Of a DNA stretch of 64,000 nt, positions 20,149 through 30,229 are shown piece by piece; positions within the stretch are counted from its first letter, which is position 1, and every line of letters begins with the position of its first letter. Source of the DNA: Longimicrobiales bacterium (GTDB lineage: Bacteria; Gemmatimonadota; Gemmatimonadetes; Longimicrobiales; Gaopeijiaceae); NCBI GenBank assembly GCA_965226375.1, contig CBDDCX010000008.1, forward strand, positions 2,016,001 to 2,080,000. The letters run 5' to 3'. Below the pieces are notes generated by a model that ran no database searches, was not told the DNA's origin, and saw nothing but the letters and a program-made list of their open reading frames with translations. The translations under genes were made by a program, and so were the position numbers.

Positions 20149-20633
20149 TCTGGCAGCCCCGCCGGTTCGGGCAGCCCCGCCATGCGTCGAAGAGCGGCAA
20201 TCGTCTCGACTACCGAGCAGCCCTCGGCAGCCGTCGAAAGTGGTGGTGGACCGCCATCGAGATACCCCAGGCATACCTCGAGCTCTCGCAGAAGTGGCAT
20301 CGGTCCTGTTGCCGGCAGTCGCTCCTCGACCGCCGACCGCGATCCGGGTGTGCCGATCCTCAAGACGACCTCCTCGGCATAGCTGTCGCCAACCTGGGCG
20401 ACGCCATTCTCGCAAGCCAAAATAATGGATCGTCGAGAGAGCGGATGGTGGGCGGAAACCTCAATTAATACATCCGGCTGCCCACTAGCTCCCAGGCGCA
20501 CGACCAAACCTCCACCGAGAGGTCCGAGGGGGTCCGCAAAAGCCTCACTCGGTGTCGGGATCGAACCGAAGAGATGAAGGACGATCGACAGGTCATGCGG
20601 CAAGAGCGTCCAAATCGGATCGAGGTCATCCAA
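20145..20633 (-). pseudogene. C-terminal fragment of a Gfo/Idh/MocA-family oxidoreductase
   Basis: DPIWTLLPHDLSI..MPLLREL..AAEGCSVVETI; the Rossmann N-terminal domain is absent. Confidence 0.7.
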
Positions 20634-21589
20634 GCTTCAGAGGGCAGCTGCGGCGGCAACCCCATCTTGCCGTAGAGGTCTTCCAACGATTCCCAGTCCA
20701 CCTCGAGGCCTCGGAGCTTCCACTCCGGCCCACGTCGCTTCTCTTCGACCAGCGCGGCACGGCCATTGAAAGCCTCCTTGTCGAGCTTCACCGTCCAGCC
20801 CAGGCCCAGCTCGAAGGGGGATGACTCGCGATCCTCGATGACCGCCCGGTGTGCCGGCACGTAGTCCACGTCGAGGAGAACGAGTCCGGCCTCGATCCGA
20901 GCCACATCAAGGGCCAGGATCCCCGCAGGCGTGATCCCGTAAGGCTCGCCTACCTCGATCAGAGCGTCCCAAAGGCGGGGCGCATCACCGGAGTCCACCC
21001 AGATCTCGTACCCGAGATCTCCGGTATACCCTGTCCGCGTGACGGTCACGGGAATGTCCCTCACCCGTGCGCTAGTAAGCCGGAAAAACCCCAGCGCCTC
21101 CACGGCACCGTCCGTCGCGCTTCCGAGCACGGCGCGCGCGTTGGGACCCTGGAGCGAGAGCGCTGCAAGTGAATCGGAAATGTCCGCGATCTCCACGTCG
21201 AGACCCAGAGCGTTGTCCAGGAGCCAGCGAAGATTCGGCTCGGCTGATGTGAGGCGGAAGGTGCCGTCTGGAAAGTGGGACAGCGTGCCGTCGTCCATCA
21301 CCTTGCCCGCCTCGTCACACCAAGGCGTGTACAGAACCTGTCCGGGCGTCGACCGGGACACATGGCGGGTCACGACACGATCCAGAAAACGCACTGCGTC
21401 GCGGCCCTGAATTTGATACTTGAAGAGCGGTGACACGTCGAAGAGCGCCGCCGAGCTCCGGACGGCGTAGTACTCCCGATCATACGTAAGCTCGTACGAT
21501 CCGGCCGTGATGAATCCAGCCCACCTTCGCCAGTTCTGAGCTTGGCAGAGTGGAGCCGTTCTGGAGTGGAAGGGGGTGGTCCTCAGCAT
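20620..21589 (-). pseudogene. Aminomethyltransferase (GcvT-like folate-binding) protein, C-terminally truncated
   Basis: MLRTTPFH, LFDVSPLFKY, DDGT, RTGYTGDLGYEIW, ARIEAGL and SPFELGLGW are present. Similarity is lost after LPSEAWMTS, where the frame runs out of phase into the Gfo/Idh/MocA fragment. Confidence 0.85.
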
Positions 21590-21812
21590 GCAAACCGCGG
21601 GTGAAGGCGTTGGCTTTACCTGTCGTGGCGAGATCTTACGGGTGGACCGACAGGGCGGCAATCGGTGGCTTACCCGCCATCGGGTACCACCTGGGGGCGC
21701 GGCGTCCGGGATCCAGGGCCGGATCGGCAGCCACGGAAGGGCGTAGACCTCGCGAGGACGGCGCCGCGATCCCATGTTTCCAGACCGAATTCGCTCCAAC
21801 AGGGAGACCCTC

Positions 21813-22730
21813 ATGCGCATCGCGGCTCAGCTTTTCGGCCTCGCGCTGCTCGCCACCATCGCGCTCGCACCCATTCCCACCCGGTCGCGGAGCCTGACGG
21901 TTGATCGGACTCCGACATCGGGGCACATCGCCCAGGAGGCCAGCGTCCTGGCCCGATACTCACTCGATGCGGAGCGTCGCGTCCAGTGGGGCCTTCCCAA
22001 CCGACTGAAGGAGATCTCGGGTCTTGCCGTCACCTCGACGGATCGCCTGTTCGCCCACAACGACGAGCGGGCCGTCATCTATGAGATTGATGTGCTGGAA
22101 CAGCGAATCGCCAAAGAGTTCGGCATGGGTGACCCCGTGGTCCGCGGCGACTTCGAAGGGCTGTTCATCCTCGAGGACCGGTTCTTTCTCGTGACGAGCG
22201 ACGGCGTGCTCTTCGAGAGCTTCGAGGGCGAAGACGAAGAACGGCTCGACTACAACATGTACATCACCGGCGCGGGTCGCCTCTGTGAGGTGGAGGGGCT
22301 CGCCGCCAATGTCGAGCGCACACATCTGCTCCTCGTGTGCAAGACTCCCCGGGCCCGAGGGCTGCGATCCTGGGTGACCCTACTTCCCTGGTCCGTCGCC
22401 GAACGGCGCCTGGTTCCGGCGGAGGCGATCCGGTTTCCCCTGAAGGCGTTCGCAGACGTTGTGAAGGGTGACGAGTACAGCCCGTCAGGCCTGTCACAGG
22501 CCCCTGGTAGCGATCACTTTCTCCTGGTCGCCGCAGGGCAAAATGCCATCGCCGAGGTCTCGCTGGACGGTCGTCTGCTGGGCATCGCCTCACTCGACAA
22601 GGGTCGGCATCAGCAGACGGAAGGAGTCGCCTTCCTGTCTGACGGCACCTTGATTCTGGCCGACGAGGGGACCGGTCAACGGGGCCGGTTGACCTTCTAC
22701 CGCATCGGCCCCGCCGCTCCCGGGAACTGA
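21813..22730 (+). CDS. Exported SdiA-regulated (YjiK-like) beta-propeller protein
   Basis: Signal peptide; repeated EISGL, DFEGL, EVEGL, SPSGL and QTEGV blade motifs; HNDE and ADEG. Confidence 0.75.
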   Translation: MRIAAQLFGLALLATIALAPIPTRSRSLTVDRTPTSGHIAQEASVLARYSLDAERRVQWGLPNRLKEISGLAVTSTDRLFAHNDERAVIYEIDVLEQRIAKEFGMGDPVVRGDFEGLFILEDRFFLVTSDGVLFESFEGEDEERLDYNMYITGAGRLCEVEGLAANVERTHLLLVCKTPRARGLRSWVTLLPWSVAERRLVPAEAIRFPLKAFADVVKGDEYSPSGLSQAPGSDHFLLVAAGQNAIAEVSLDGRLLGIASLDKGRHQQTEGVAFLSDGTLILADEGTGQRGRLTFYRIGPAAPGN

Positions 22731-22804
22731 ACTGCCGGTGGGCCAAACATCCCGACCGCATGTTAGATTATCCTTCCCACATCCACCGCACTACGAGGAC
22801 ATAC

Positions 22805-23305
22805 ATGGCCAAGAAGAGCTCCTTCGACGTATCCACGGGCATCGATCTCCAGGAGGTGGACAACGCCGTGAACCAGGCACGCAAAGAGATCGCCACCCGG
22901 TACGACTTCAAGGGCACGAAGTGCACCATCGAACTCGATCGAGCCGTGAGCTTGATCAAGCTCGAAGGGGACGACGAGTACCGACTCACCGCGGTCCTGC
23001 AGGTCCTACGCGAGAAGCTCGCTCGGAGAAACGTCCCCCTGAAGAATCTCAATCAGAGCGATGTCGAGACCGGCTCCCTAGGTCGAGCACGGCAGACCGT
23101 TGGGCTCACGCAGGGCATCGACCAGGAAACGGCCAAGAAGATGGTGAAAGCCGTCAAAGACAACGGCTTCAAGAAGGTCCAGGTGCAGATCCAGGGTGAC
23201 GAGCTGCGGGTCACCAGCCCCTCGAGGGACGAACTCCAATCCGTCATGGCATTCCTGAAAGGCGACGATTGGGGAGTGGAACTCCAGTTCGGGAACTACC
23301 GGTAG
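22805..23305 (+). CDS. yajQ: YajQ-family nucleotide (c-di-GMP)-binding protein
   Basis: SFDV..DLQEVDNAVNQA.KEI..RYDFKG, QIQGDELRV and LQFGNYR. Confidence 0.95.
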   Translation: MAKKSSFDVSTGIDLQEVDNAVNQARKEIATRYDFKGTKCTIELDRAVSLIKLEGDDEYRLTAVLQVLREKLARRNVPLKNLNQSDVETGSLGRARQTVGLTQGIDQETAKKMVKAVKDNGFKKVQVQIQGDELRVTSPSRDELQSVMAFLKGDDWGVELQFGNYR

Positions 23306-23397
23306 GGCGCCGCCCCCGGACCCATCAGGTCCCTGTTTATTGCGTCCCTACGGCAACGTGCCGTAGACTCCCTGGCCCGATTCTAGATTTGTCTCCA

Positions 23398-24464
23398 ATG
23401 GGGTATTGCCTTAAGTCCACCGCCCACTACATGTTGTGGTCATGGCGGTTCCGGCTTCTCAGCTCCGTGGCGGCGTGGACTATCCCCGTACGCGGCTGGA
23501 GCTGGACGAGTTCTTCCCCGACGATGCGGCATGCCTGGAGTACGTGGAGGGTCTGCGCTGGCCGGAAGGGTTTGTGTGCGTGGGCTGTGGCGGGTTGGGA
23601 GAGGTCTGGCGAGCATCGCGGGGGCGTCTCGTCTGCCCACACTGTCGAAGGCAGACCTCGGTGCTGGCGGGAACCGTGTTCCACCGCACGCGCTCGCCCC
23701 TGCGTCTGTGGTTTCTCGCTGCCTGGGAGCTCACGAGCCAGAAATACGGAGCCAATGCTCTCGGGCTCCAGCGCGTGCTCGGACTGGGAAGCTACAAGAC
23801 AGCGTGGGTCTGGCTCCACAAGCTCCGCCGGGCCATGGTCCGACCGGATCGCGACCAGCTGAGCGGCGTTGTGCAAGTGGACGAGAGCTATGTCGGGGGC
23901 GTGGAGGCTGGAGTGCGGGGCCGCGAGACGATCAAGAAGGCCATCGTCGCGATCGCCGCCGAGGTCGACGGACGCAAGATCGGGAGAATACGGCTGCGTT
24001 GGGTGCCCGACCTCTCCGCTCCGGTTCTGCGAGGCTTCGTCAAGGATAGCATCGCACCGGCAAGCACGGTGCATACCGACGGATGGCCAAGCTATCAGGG
24101 ACTCGCCAAACTGGGCTTTCGCCACACGGTCACGAACCTCTCGACCTCCGGCGATCCCGCTCACGTGCTCATGTCGGCCGTACATCGGGTGGCGTCTCTC
24201 CTCAAGCGCTGGGTCCTCGGAACCCTCCAAGGAGGGATCGCCCGCGAACACCTCCCCTACTATCTGGACGAGTTCACCTTTCGCTTCAACCGACGCACAT
24301 CCCGGGCTCGCGGCCTGTTGTTCTACCGCTTGCTTGAGTAGGCTGTTCAGTGTGCTCCCACGCCAGCTTCGGCCCTTTACCTCGGCACCGGACGTGGGAA
24401 ACGGCCCGCAGAGCCCCGGTAACCACTATATCTTGGGGTCGGTGGACTTAAGGGAATACCCCCT
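23398..24464 (+). mobile_element. IS1595-family insertion sequence
   Basis: Terminal IRs GGGGTATTGCCTTAAGTCCACCG (from 23400) and CGGTGGACTTAAGGGAATACCCC (to 24462) match at 22/23. The direct repeat TTGTCTCCA lies at 23389-23397 and 24465-24473. Confidence 0.93.
23442..24341 (+). CDS. IS1595-family transposase (probable premature stop near the C-terminus)
   Basis: Zinc ribbon (CVGC..CPHC), VDESYVGG, HTDG and YLDEFTFRFNRR. Confidence 0.93.
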   Translation: MAVPASQLRGGVDYPRTRLELDEFFPDDAACLEYVEGLRWPEGFVCVGCGGLGEVWRASRGRLVCPHCRRQTSVLAGTVFHRTRSPLRLWFLAAWELTSQKYGANALGLQRVLGLGSYKTAWVWLHKLRRAMVRPDRDQLSGVVQVDESYVGGVEAGVRGRETIKKAIVAIAAEVDGRKIGRIRLRWVPDLSAPVLRGFVKDSIAPASTVHTDGWPSYQGLAKLGFRHTVTNLSTSGDPAHVLMSAVHRVASLLKRWVLGTLQGGIAREHLPYYLDEFTFRFNRRTSRARGLLFYRLLE

Positions 24465-24540
24465 TTGTCTCCATTCCCTTTCGGGCCCCGCCTTGGTGCG
24501 GGAATCTCTCGAGGGCCGTCTCGAAACGGCAGAGTGCCTA

Positions 24541-25191
24541 GTGTCCAATCTTCCTCCGTCTGAGACTTCCGGCTCCCTTGGGTGGAGGTCTTGGATTTCT
24601 CGCGTGCTCGTCGAGTCTATCCTATTGATCGGGAGCATTCTCCTCGCCCTCGCCATGGACGAATGGAGTGAGGATCGCGAGTACCAAGATCTCGCGCACC
24701 GCTCCCTGGCCAACTTCGAGCGGGAAATCGGCCAGAACCGTGTCAGGGTGGAGGACGTCACCCTGTTCCATGCCGGGCTGCGGGACGTCCTGGCCAACAT
24801 GAACGCCGGTAGCGCCCCCGTAACTGCTGCAACCATCAGGAATATCATGGAGGGGTTCCAACCCGCCATTCTGGTCAACACGGCCTGGGAAACGGCAGTG
24901 GCCACCGGCGCCTTGGGATACATGGAGTACGATGTTGTGGCCGGCTTGTCCCTCACATACGGCTTGCAGGAGCGTCTGGAAGCCTTGAACCAGTCGGGGC
25001 TGAACGACCTTCTCGTGGGAGGGTTCCAAAGCGGAGATACCGAATTGCTCGTCTACGCGGCCAACCGCTACATGAGGGAGTTGACCGAGGCCGAGCAACG
25101 GCTGCAAGAGGTCTACGACCTCGTACTGAGCCTGATCGCAGAAACGATCGGCGAGGGTCCAGACACCTCGGAGGCGGTCGCTCCGCCCTAA
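24541..25191 (+). CDS. Hypothetical membrane-anchored helical protein
   Basis: VESILLIGSILLALAMDEW TM motif, followed by a coiled segment and TAWETAVATG; GC-rich third codon positions. Confidence 0.7.
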   Translation: MSNLPPSETSGSLGWRSWISRVLVESILLIGSILLALAMDEWSEDREYQDLAHRSLANFEREIGQNRVRVEDVTLFHAGLRDVLANMNAGSAPVTAATIRNIMEGFQPAILVNTAWETAVATGALGYMEYDVVAGLSLTYGLQERLEALNQSGLNDLLVGGFQSGDTELLVYAANRYMRELTEAEQRLQEVYDLVLSLIAETIGEGPDTSEAVAPP

Positions 25192-25204
25192 GGCGAGACG
25201 CGCG

Positions 25205-25721
25205 TCACCTCAGCGCATAGCCCTCATCCTCGGGGAGCATTCCGTCAACCCTGATCACCTTCAGATCGGGACCCACCGCCGACGCCGGCACAAAGCCAAT
25301 GGACCCGGGAATGACCGTGACCAGATCACGAAGCATGTCCGTGCTGAACACGATCTTGGGCCCCGACGCTACTTCAGCACGATCTTGGGCCCCGACGCTA
25401 CTTCAGCGCGAAACATCTTGGCGATCCAATACTGTCGGTAGCGGTCCTCACTCATACCGTAGATCTCGTTCAATACGACATCACGCTCGTGGGCGGTCGC
25501 GGCTCTCACCAGGAGGGTGATCCGCGAGCGATCAGGCCAATGCTGCTGCTCGGCCAAGAAGATGCTTTTGAGCTGATCAAGTGTCAGTTCGTCGTGGCGA
25601 CCTCAGGATGGACGACGATGGCGACAGCCTCCCCAACCGTCGCCGTCTGTGCCTCGACCGTATCTGTCAGCAGGCCTGCCGACGCGATCGTGACGCGAGC
25701 CACTAGACCTACCCGTATCAT
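25205..25721 (-). pseudogene. Small periplasmic-binding-protein-like gene, inactivated by a frameshift and a 29-bp duplication
   Basis: Reconstruction: AIVVHPEVA/DELTLDQLKSIFLAEQQHW..RQYWIAKMFRAEVASGPKIV/FSTDMLRDLVTVIPGSIGFV..LKVIRVDGMLP. There is an indel near 25595 and a duplication at 25350-25407. Confidence 0.75.
25350..25407. repeat. Perfect 29-bp tandem duplication
   Basis: ACGATCTTGGGCCCCGACGCTACTTCAGC occurs at 25350-25378 and 25379-25407. Confidence 0.95.
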
Positions 25722-26040
25722 GTTCACGCCTTTCACGTGCCCGCCAGAACGAAGCTGGCCTGTAGATAAAGACTGTTCGATCGTTCTAACCCCTCGAACT
25801 GCTCATTACGAAGCTCGGCTCTCAGAGCCAGGAAGACCCCGGGATCATATCGAATTCCGGCCACGACCCCCTCGTAGTTCAAAGCGAGGGGAGCGAAGAC
25901 GTAGGCTCCCGTCGGTACGTCCACCTCTTCGATCCTGACGTATGGTTTGAGGGACCGCGCAGCGCCCCCCTCTCTGCCAACGTACGTGAGACACGGAGCA
26001 CGCAAAGAATTAGAGTAGGGCGAAGGCAGAGAAAACGAAC

Positions 26041-26490
26041 ATGTTGGGACTGCGAGAGAGAATGGCAGAGAATGGTAGTGCCCCTGGAACCGGGGAGGCC
26101 AAGCGAAGCGCGGCAGCTCCTGCGGACCCGGAGGTAGTAGATAGGCCGCTACGGCGGCGGTTCAGTCCGTCGTACAAGCTGCGGATCGTCGAAGAAGCGG
26201 ACCGGTGCACCGAGCCCGGCGAGGTGGGTCAAGTCCTGCGGCGAGAGGGCCTGTACTCGTCGCACCTGACGACGTGGCGCAAGGCGGCGCATAGCGGGTC
26301 GCTGAAGGCCCTGTCGAAGAAACGCGGCCGCAAGCCGGAGCGAAATCCGCTGGATGAGAAGGTACGCAAGCTGGAGCGGCGAAACGCACGGCTCGGGAAT
26401 GAGCTCAGGAAGGCACACCTGATCATCGACGTGCAGGGAAAAGTTGCGGGGCTGCTGGGGATAAGCCTCGACGACGGGACAAACTCTTGA
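26041..26490 (+). CDS. IS3-family OrfA (HTH)
   Basis: RRRFSPSYKLRIV..LRREGLYSSHLTTWR followed by a coiled-coil tail. Confidence 0.9.
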   Translation: MLGLRERMAENGSAPGTGEAKRSAAAPADPEVVDRPLRRRFSPSYKLRIVEEADRCTEPGEVGQVLRREGLYSSHLTTWRKAAHSGSLKALSKKRGRKPERNPLDEKVRKLERRNARLGNELRKAHLIIDVQGKVAGLLGISLDDGTNS

Positions 26491-27494
26491 AGGCGGCCGA
26501 TGAGCTGGCTAAGCACGTCGGTGTAAAACCGGCGTGCGCGGCCCTCGAGGTCTCCCGATCGACGTTGTACCGTCGTCGAGGCCCATCAACCGGGCAACAG
26601 CAGCCCCGCCCGACGCCCGCCCGGGCATTGAGCGAGACGGAACGAGGCGAGGTCTTCGACACGCTGTGTTCGGAGCGGTTCGTGGACCGCTCACCCGCCG
26701 AGGTGGTGGCCACGCTGCTCGACGAAGAGGTCTACCTGTGCAGCGAACGCACGATGTATCGTGTTCTGGCCTCCGAGGTGCCGGTTCAGGAACGCCGGGC
26801 GCAGCGCACCCATCCCGAGTACAAGAAGCCCGAGTTGATGGCCACGGCGCCGAACCAGGTGTGGTCCTGGGATATCACGCGGCTGCTCGGGCCGAAGAAG
26901 TGGAGCTATTACTACCTCTACGTCATCATGGACATCTACAGCCGCTACGTCGTGGGCTGGATGGTGGCGGACCGGGAGAACTCGGCCCTGGCCGGCCGGT
27001 TGATCCAGCAGAGCTGCCTGAAGCATGGCGTCCAGCCCCGGGTCCTGACCCTGCACTCGGATCGGGGAGCTCCAATGACGAGCCAATGCACCGCTCAACT
27101 TCTCGCTGACCTCGGCGTGACCCGCTCGTTGAGCCGGCCTCAGGTGTCGGATGACAACCCGTTTTCCGAGGCTCAGTTCAAAACCTTGAAGTACCATCCC
27201 TCGTTTCCCGGACGGTTCGGGGATCAGGGCCAAGCCAAGACGTTCTGTCGATCGTTCTTCCGCTGGTACAATGCCGAGCACCGCCATGGCGGCATCTCGA
27301 TGCTAACCCCCGAGCAGGTCCACTTCGGGAACGCCGATCAGGTCATTGCCGGCAGGAAATCCGTGCTCCGCGAAGCATGGGCCGCTCATCCCGAACGCTT
27401 CGTCAGAGGTGTGCCGAAGCCCAAACCGCTCCCGGAGGCCGTCTTCATCAATCCTCCCATCCCTTCCCTCACCACACAGGACATTGCTCTCTAA
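26487..27494 (+). CDS. IS3-family OrfB (DDE integrase core)
   Basis: PNQVWSWDIT, LHSDRG and SDDNPFSEAQFKTLK; in the -1 frame relative to orfA. Confidence 0.95.
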   Translation: MKAADELAKHVGVKPACAALEVSRSTLYRRRGPSTGQQQPRPTPARALSETERGEVFDTLCSERFVDRSPAEVVATLLDEEVYLCSERTMYRVLASEVPVQERRAQRTHPEYKKPELMATAPNQVWSWDITRLLGPKKWSYYYLYVIMDIYSRYVVGWMVADRENSALAGRLIQQSCLKHGVQPRVLTLHSDRGAPMTSQCTAQLLADLGVTRSLSRPQVSDDNPFSEAQFKTLKYHPSFPGRFGDQGQAKTFCRSFFRWYNAEHRHGGISMLTPEQVHFGNADQVIAGRKSVLREAWAAHPERFVRGVPKPKPLPEAVFINPPIPSLTTQDIAL

Positions 27495-28668
27495 TTAATC
27501 CCGTAGAGTGTCCCATTGTCGTTGACAGGTTCCGCCCGGTAACCGATATCCGAACTGGATGTAGTACCCATTCGAACCGGGGAAGTCTCCCGAGCCGGTC
27601 ACAGGGTCGTGGACCACGTGGGCGTATTCGGCGAGGATCTCGGGTGCGTCCCGATCCAACACGGCGTGTAAAGCAAAGATCCGTTCGTTGGCCTGACTCC
27701 CGTCCGGTGCGGAAAGGCGGTCACTGTAATAGCTCGCGCCGACCTCGAGGCCGATAATCGATATGGGCCGCGACCGTACGCCCGCCACCCATGCACGCTG
27801 GCCGTTCACGTCTCCGGCATCCCCGGCCCGGGCGATGTTCGCAGCTCTCCCGTTTCCGACTCCCACACTATAGCCGAGCCCGAGGGGGGAGGAGGGGAGC
27901 CCACCTTCGATCAGAAGGCCGACGAAGTGGGTCGGGAGCAAGCGACTTCCGAACTTGATCATCTCGGGCCGTGCCACCGACGTCTGAAGCCAAGATCCAT
28001 GGTGGAATGCGGCGTTCCAGTATCCGATCGGTGTGTGGAACCGACCGCCACTAACCTTGAAAGCATCAGCGAAAGAGTATCGTAACAGCGCTCGCTCGAT
28101 CTCGATCGAATAGCCGTTGTCCTTCCCCGTGACCGAGACCTCACCGAAGAACGTGAGCCGATCATCCATCTCTGCGATGACGTGGCCCACCATCTGCCCG
28201 AGACGGAAACCCTCCTGTCGGTCCAGCTCGGTAACCAGATAGTTGAAATCACCGAACCCCATGACCCGGACAAAGGAATCGTCGATCTCCTGGCCCGCGA
28301 GCTCAACAGCGGGCAAAAAGGCTGCGACGAATACGCCTAACAAGAATCTACGCATCAGGGGTCTCTCAGCGCCTGTTGGATGTCGTTTTCTGGATCACAC
28401 CTAGCCGTGCCCACCCCCCCGGGCGGACCGACTGATCTTGGCCGGGGCGGACGGTACTAGACGATCGACACCTAAGCAATAGCCATGCGGACATGGACGT
28501 GCGGTGGACCACCGGCGAAGGGCGCGGGGAGAGGACCGAGTGCCACCTGGGCGACTACATGGGTTCGTCACCGCTACAGGATGCGTGGGCACAAGCCGAC
28601 TCGCGTGGCACACCTCGCTGCCCTAGGATCCCGGGCAGAGAGAGTCGATCGACAGACCCCGGAGCGCC

Positions 28669-30204
28669 ATGCAAGCCCGAAAAAGCACAATGCAAAAAGT
28701 CGGGCTCGTCCTGGGCCCCACCCTCTTCCTCGTGACGACGCTATTCGACCTCGATCCGGGAAATCCGGCCGTCACCCGTATGGCCGCCGTGGCCCTCCTC
28801 ATGGCCACCTGGTGGATCACGGAAGCGATCCCGTTGTTCGCCACGGCCCTCCTTCCGCTGATCCTCTTTCCGTTACTGGGAATCGAGCGAGGCGGTGCCA
28901 CCGCACCGATCTATTTCAACAGCACCATCGTGCTGTTCCTGGGGGGCTTCATGATCGCCCTCACCATGGAGAAGTGGAATCTGCACAAGCGGATCGCTCT
29001 AAAGATCATTCAGACGATCGGTGGTGGACCGTCTCGCATTGTGCTTGGCTTCATGGTGGCGGCGGGGTTTCTGTCCATGTGGATCTCGAATACGGCCACG
29101 GCCATCATGATGATGCCCATCGGGCTCGCCATCATCCTGGAGATGGAGGAAGACTTCGGGGTCGAAGACACACACACGTTCTCCGTCGGTGTCATGCTGG
29201 CCATCGGCTACGCCTGTTCGGTGGGCGGCATCGCCACGCTCGTCGGAACCCCGCCCAATCTGTCCTTTGCCCGGATCTTCGAGATCACCTTTCCCGACGC
29301 GCCGGCCATCTCGTTCGGACAATGGATTCTGGTGGGGTTCCCGATCTCGGTAACCATGCTGCTGATCGCCTGGCTCCTGATCACCAAGGTCTTCTTCCGG
29401 GTGCCCGAACACGTCACGGTCGATCGACAGGTCGTGGATCGGCAGGCGGCAGCGCTCGGACCCGTGGCCTACGAGGAAAAGGCTGTACTCGTGGTCTTCG
29501 GGCTCACAGCGTTTCTCTGGGTGTTCAGGGTTCCTATCCAGCTCGGGTTCGTCACTATCCCAGGCTGGTCTCAGCTGATCCCCTTCCCCGGCCTCATCGA
29601 CGACGGCACGGTAGCCATAACCATGGCGACCATCCTGTTCCTGATCCCGAGTCGGACTCCCGGCGCGGCCTATCCGACCCTGGCGGGGAGGGACCTCATC
29701 CCCCGGCTGCCCTGGAACATCGTGCTCCTGTTCGGAGGCGGTTTCGCTTTGGCCTACGGCTTTCAGGCCACCGGTCTGTCCACCCTCATCGGGAACCAGT
29801 TCGCCGGACTCGCCGGCGTCTCCCCATTCGTTCTGGTCGTAGTGGTCTGTCTGACGCTGACGTTCCTGACCGAACTGACGTCGAACACGGCTACCACGGA
29901 GATGATTCTGCCGATCCTGGCGTCTGTGGCGGTCGCAACCAACGTGCACCCGTTGTTGCTGATGATCCCGGCCACCCTGTCGGCGTCGTGCGCCTTCATG
30001 ATGCCGGTGGCGACTCCGCCCAATGCCATCATCTTCGGAAGTGACCGGGTCCGGATTCCCGAGATGGCCCGGATCGGCCTCGTGCTCAACCTGATCGGCG
30101 TCCTGGTGATCTCGGTGATCTTCCTTTTCCTGGGAACCGCGATCTTCGGGATCGACCCCGGGGTCATGCCCGAATGGGCCACGCTCGGAGCCAACGGGCC
30201 ATAG
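28669..30204 (+). CDS. SLC13/DASS-family sodium-coupled dicarboxylate or sulfate symporter
   Basis: Two SNT motifs (WISNTATA and TSNTATT), GTPPN and FMMPVATPPNAI. Confidence 0.95.
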   Translation: MQARKSTMQKVGLVLGPTLFLVTTLFDLDPGNPAVTRMAAVALLMATWWITEAIPLFATALLPLILFPLLGIERGGATAPIYFNSTIVLFLGGFMIALTMEKWNLHKRIALKIIQTIGGGPSRIVLGFMVAAGFLSMWISNTATAIMMMPIGLAIILEMEEDFGVEDTHTFSVGVMLAIGYACSVGGIATLVGTPPNLSFARIFEITFPDAPAISFGQWILVGFPISVTMLLIAWLLITKVFFRVPEHVTVDRQVVDRQAAALGPVAYEEKAVLVVFGLTAFLWVFRVPIQLGFVTIPGWSQLIPFPGLIDDGTVAITMATILFLIPSRTPGAAYPTLAGRDLIPRLPWNIVLLFGGGFALAYGFQATGLSTLIGNQFAGLAGVSPFVLVVVVCLTLTFLTELTSNTATTEMILPILASVAVATNVHPLLLMIPATLSASCAFMMPVATPPNAIIFGSDRVRIPEMARIGLVLNLIGVLVISVIFLFLGTAIFGIDPGVMPEWATLGANGP

Positions 30205-30229
30205 GACCTTCGGGACTCGAACGTAGGCC

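Larger units (their letters stand above)
25968..27534 (+). mobile_element. IS3-family element, copy 1 (1567 bp)
   Basis: Boundaries were defined by comparison with copy 2; 3-bp target duplication CCC at 25965-25967 and 27535-27537; orfA/orfB organisation. Confidence 0.93.
25733..28355 (-). pseudogene. Outer-membrane porin-like protein interrupted by IS3 copy 1
   Basis: Signal peptide, IEIERA and GRFHTPIGYWN..HHG.WLQTS..RP. Removing 25968-27534 and one CCC restores GYRLPGAARSLKPYVR..LQASFVL. Confidence 0.85.

Noticed and set aside
24339..24341. Pyrrolysine or programmed amber readthrough
   Set aside because: It is a single case in a transposase with no pyl genes in view, and TAG ends other genes normally; a point mutation is simpler.
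23869..24540. N-terminal part of the 440-aa ORF 23869-25191
   Set aside because: It is an alternative frame across IS1595; the real gene most likely starts at GTG 24541.
27522..27550. Hybrid promoter from the outward-facing TTGACA in the IS3 right end
   Set aside because: No acceptable -10 lies 16-18 bp downstream at either insertion site or in the predicted circle junction.
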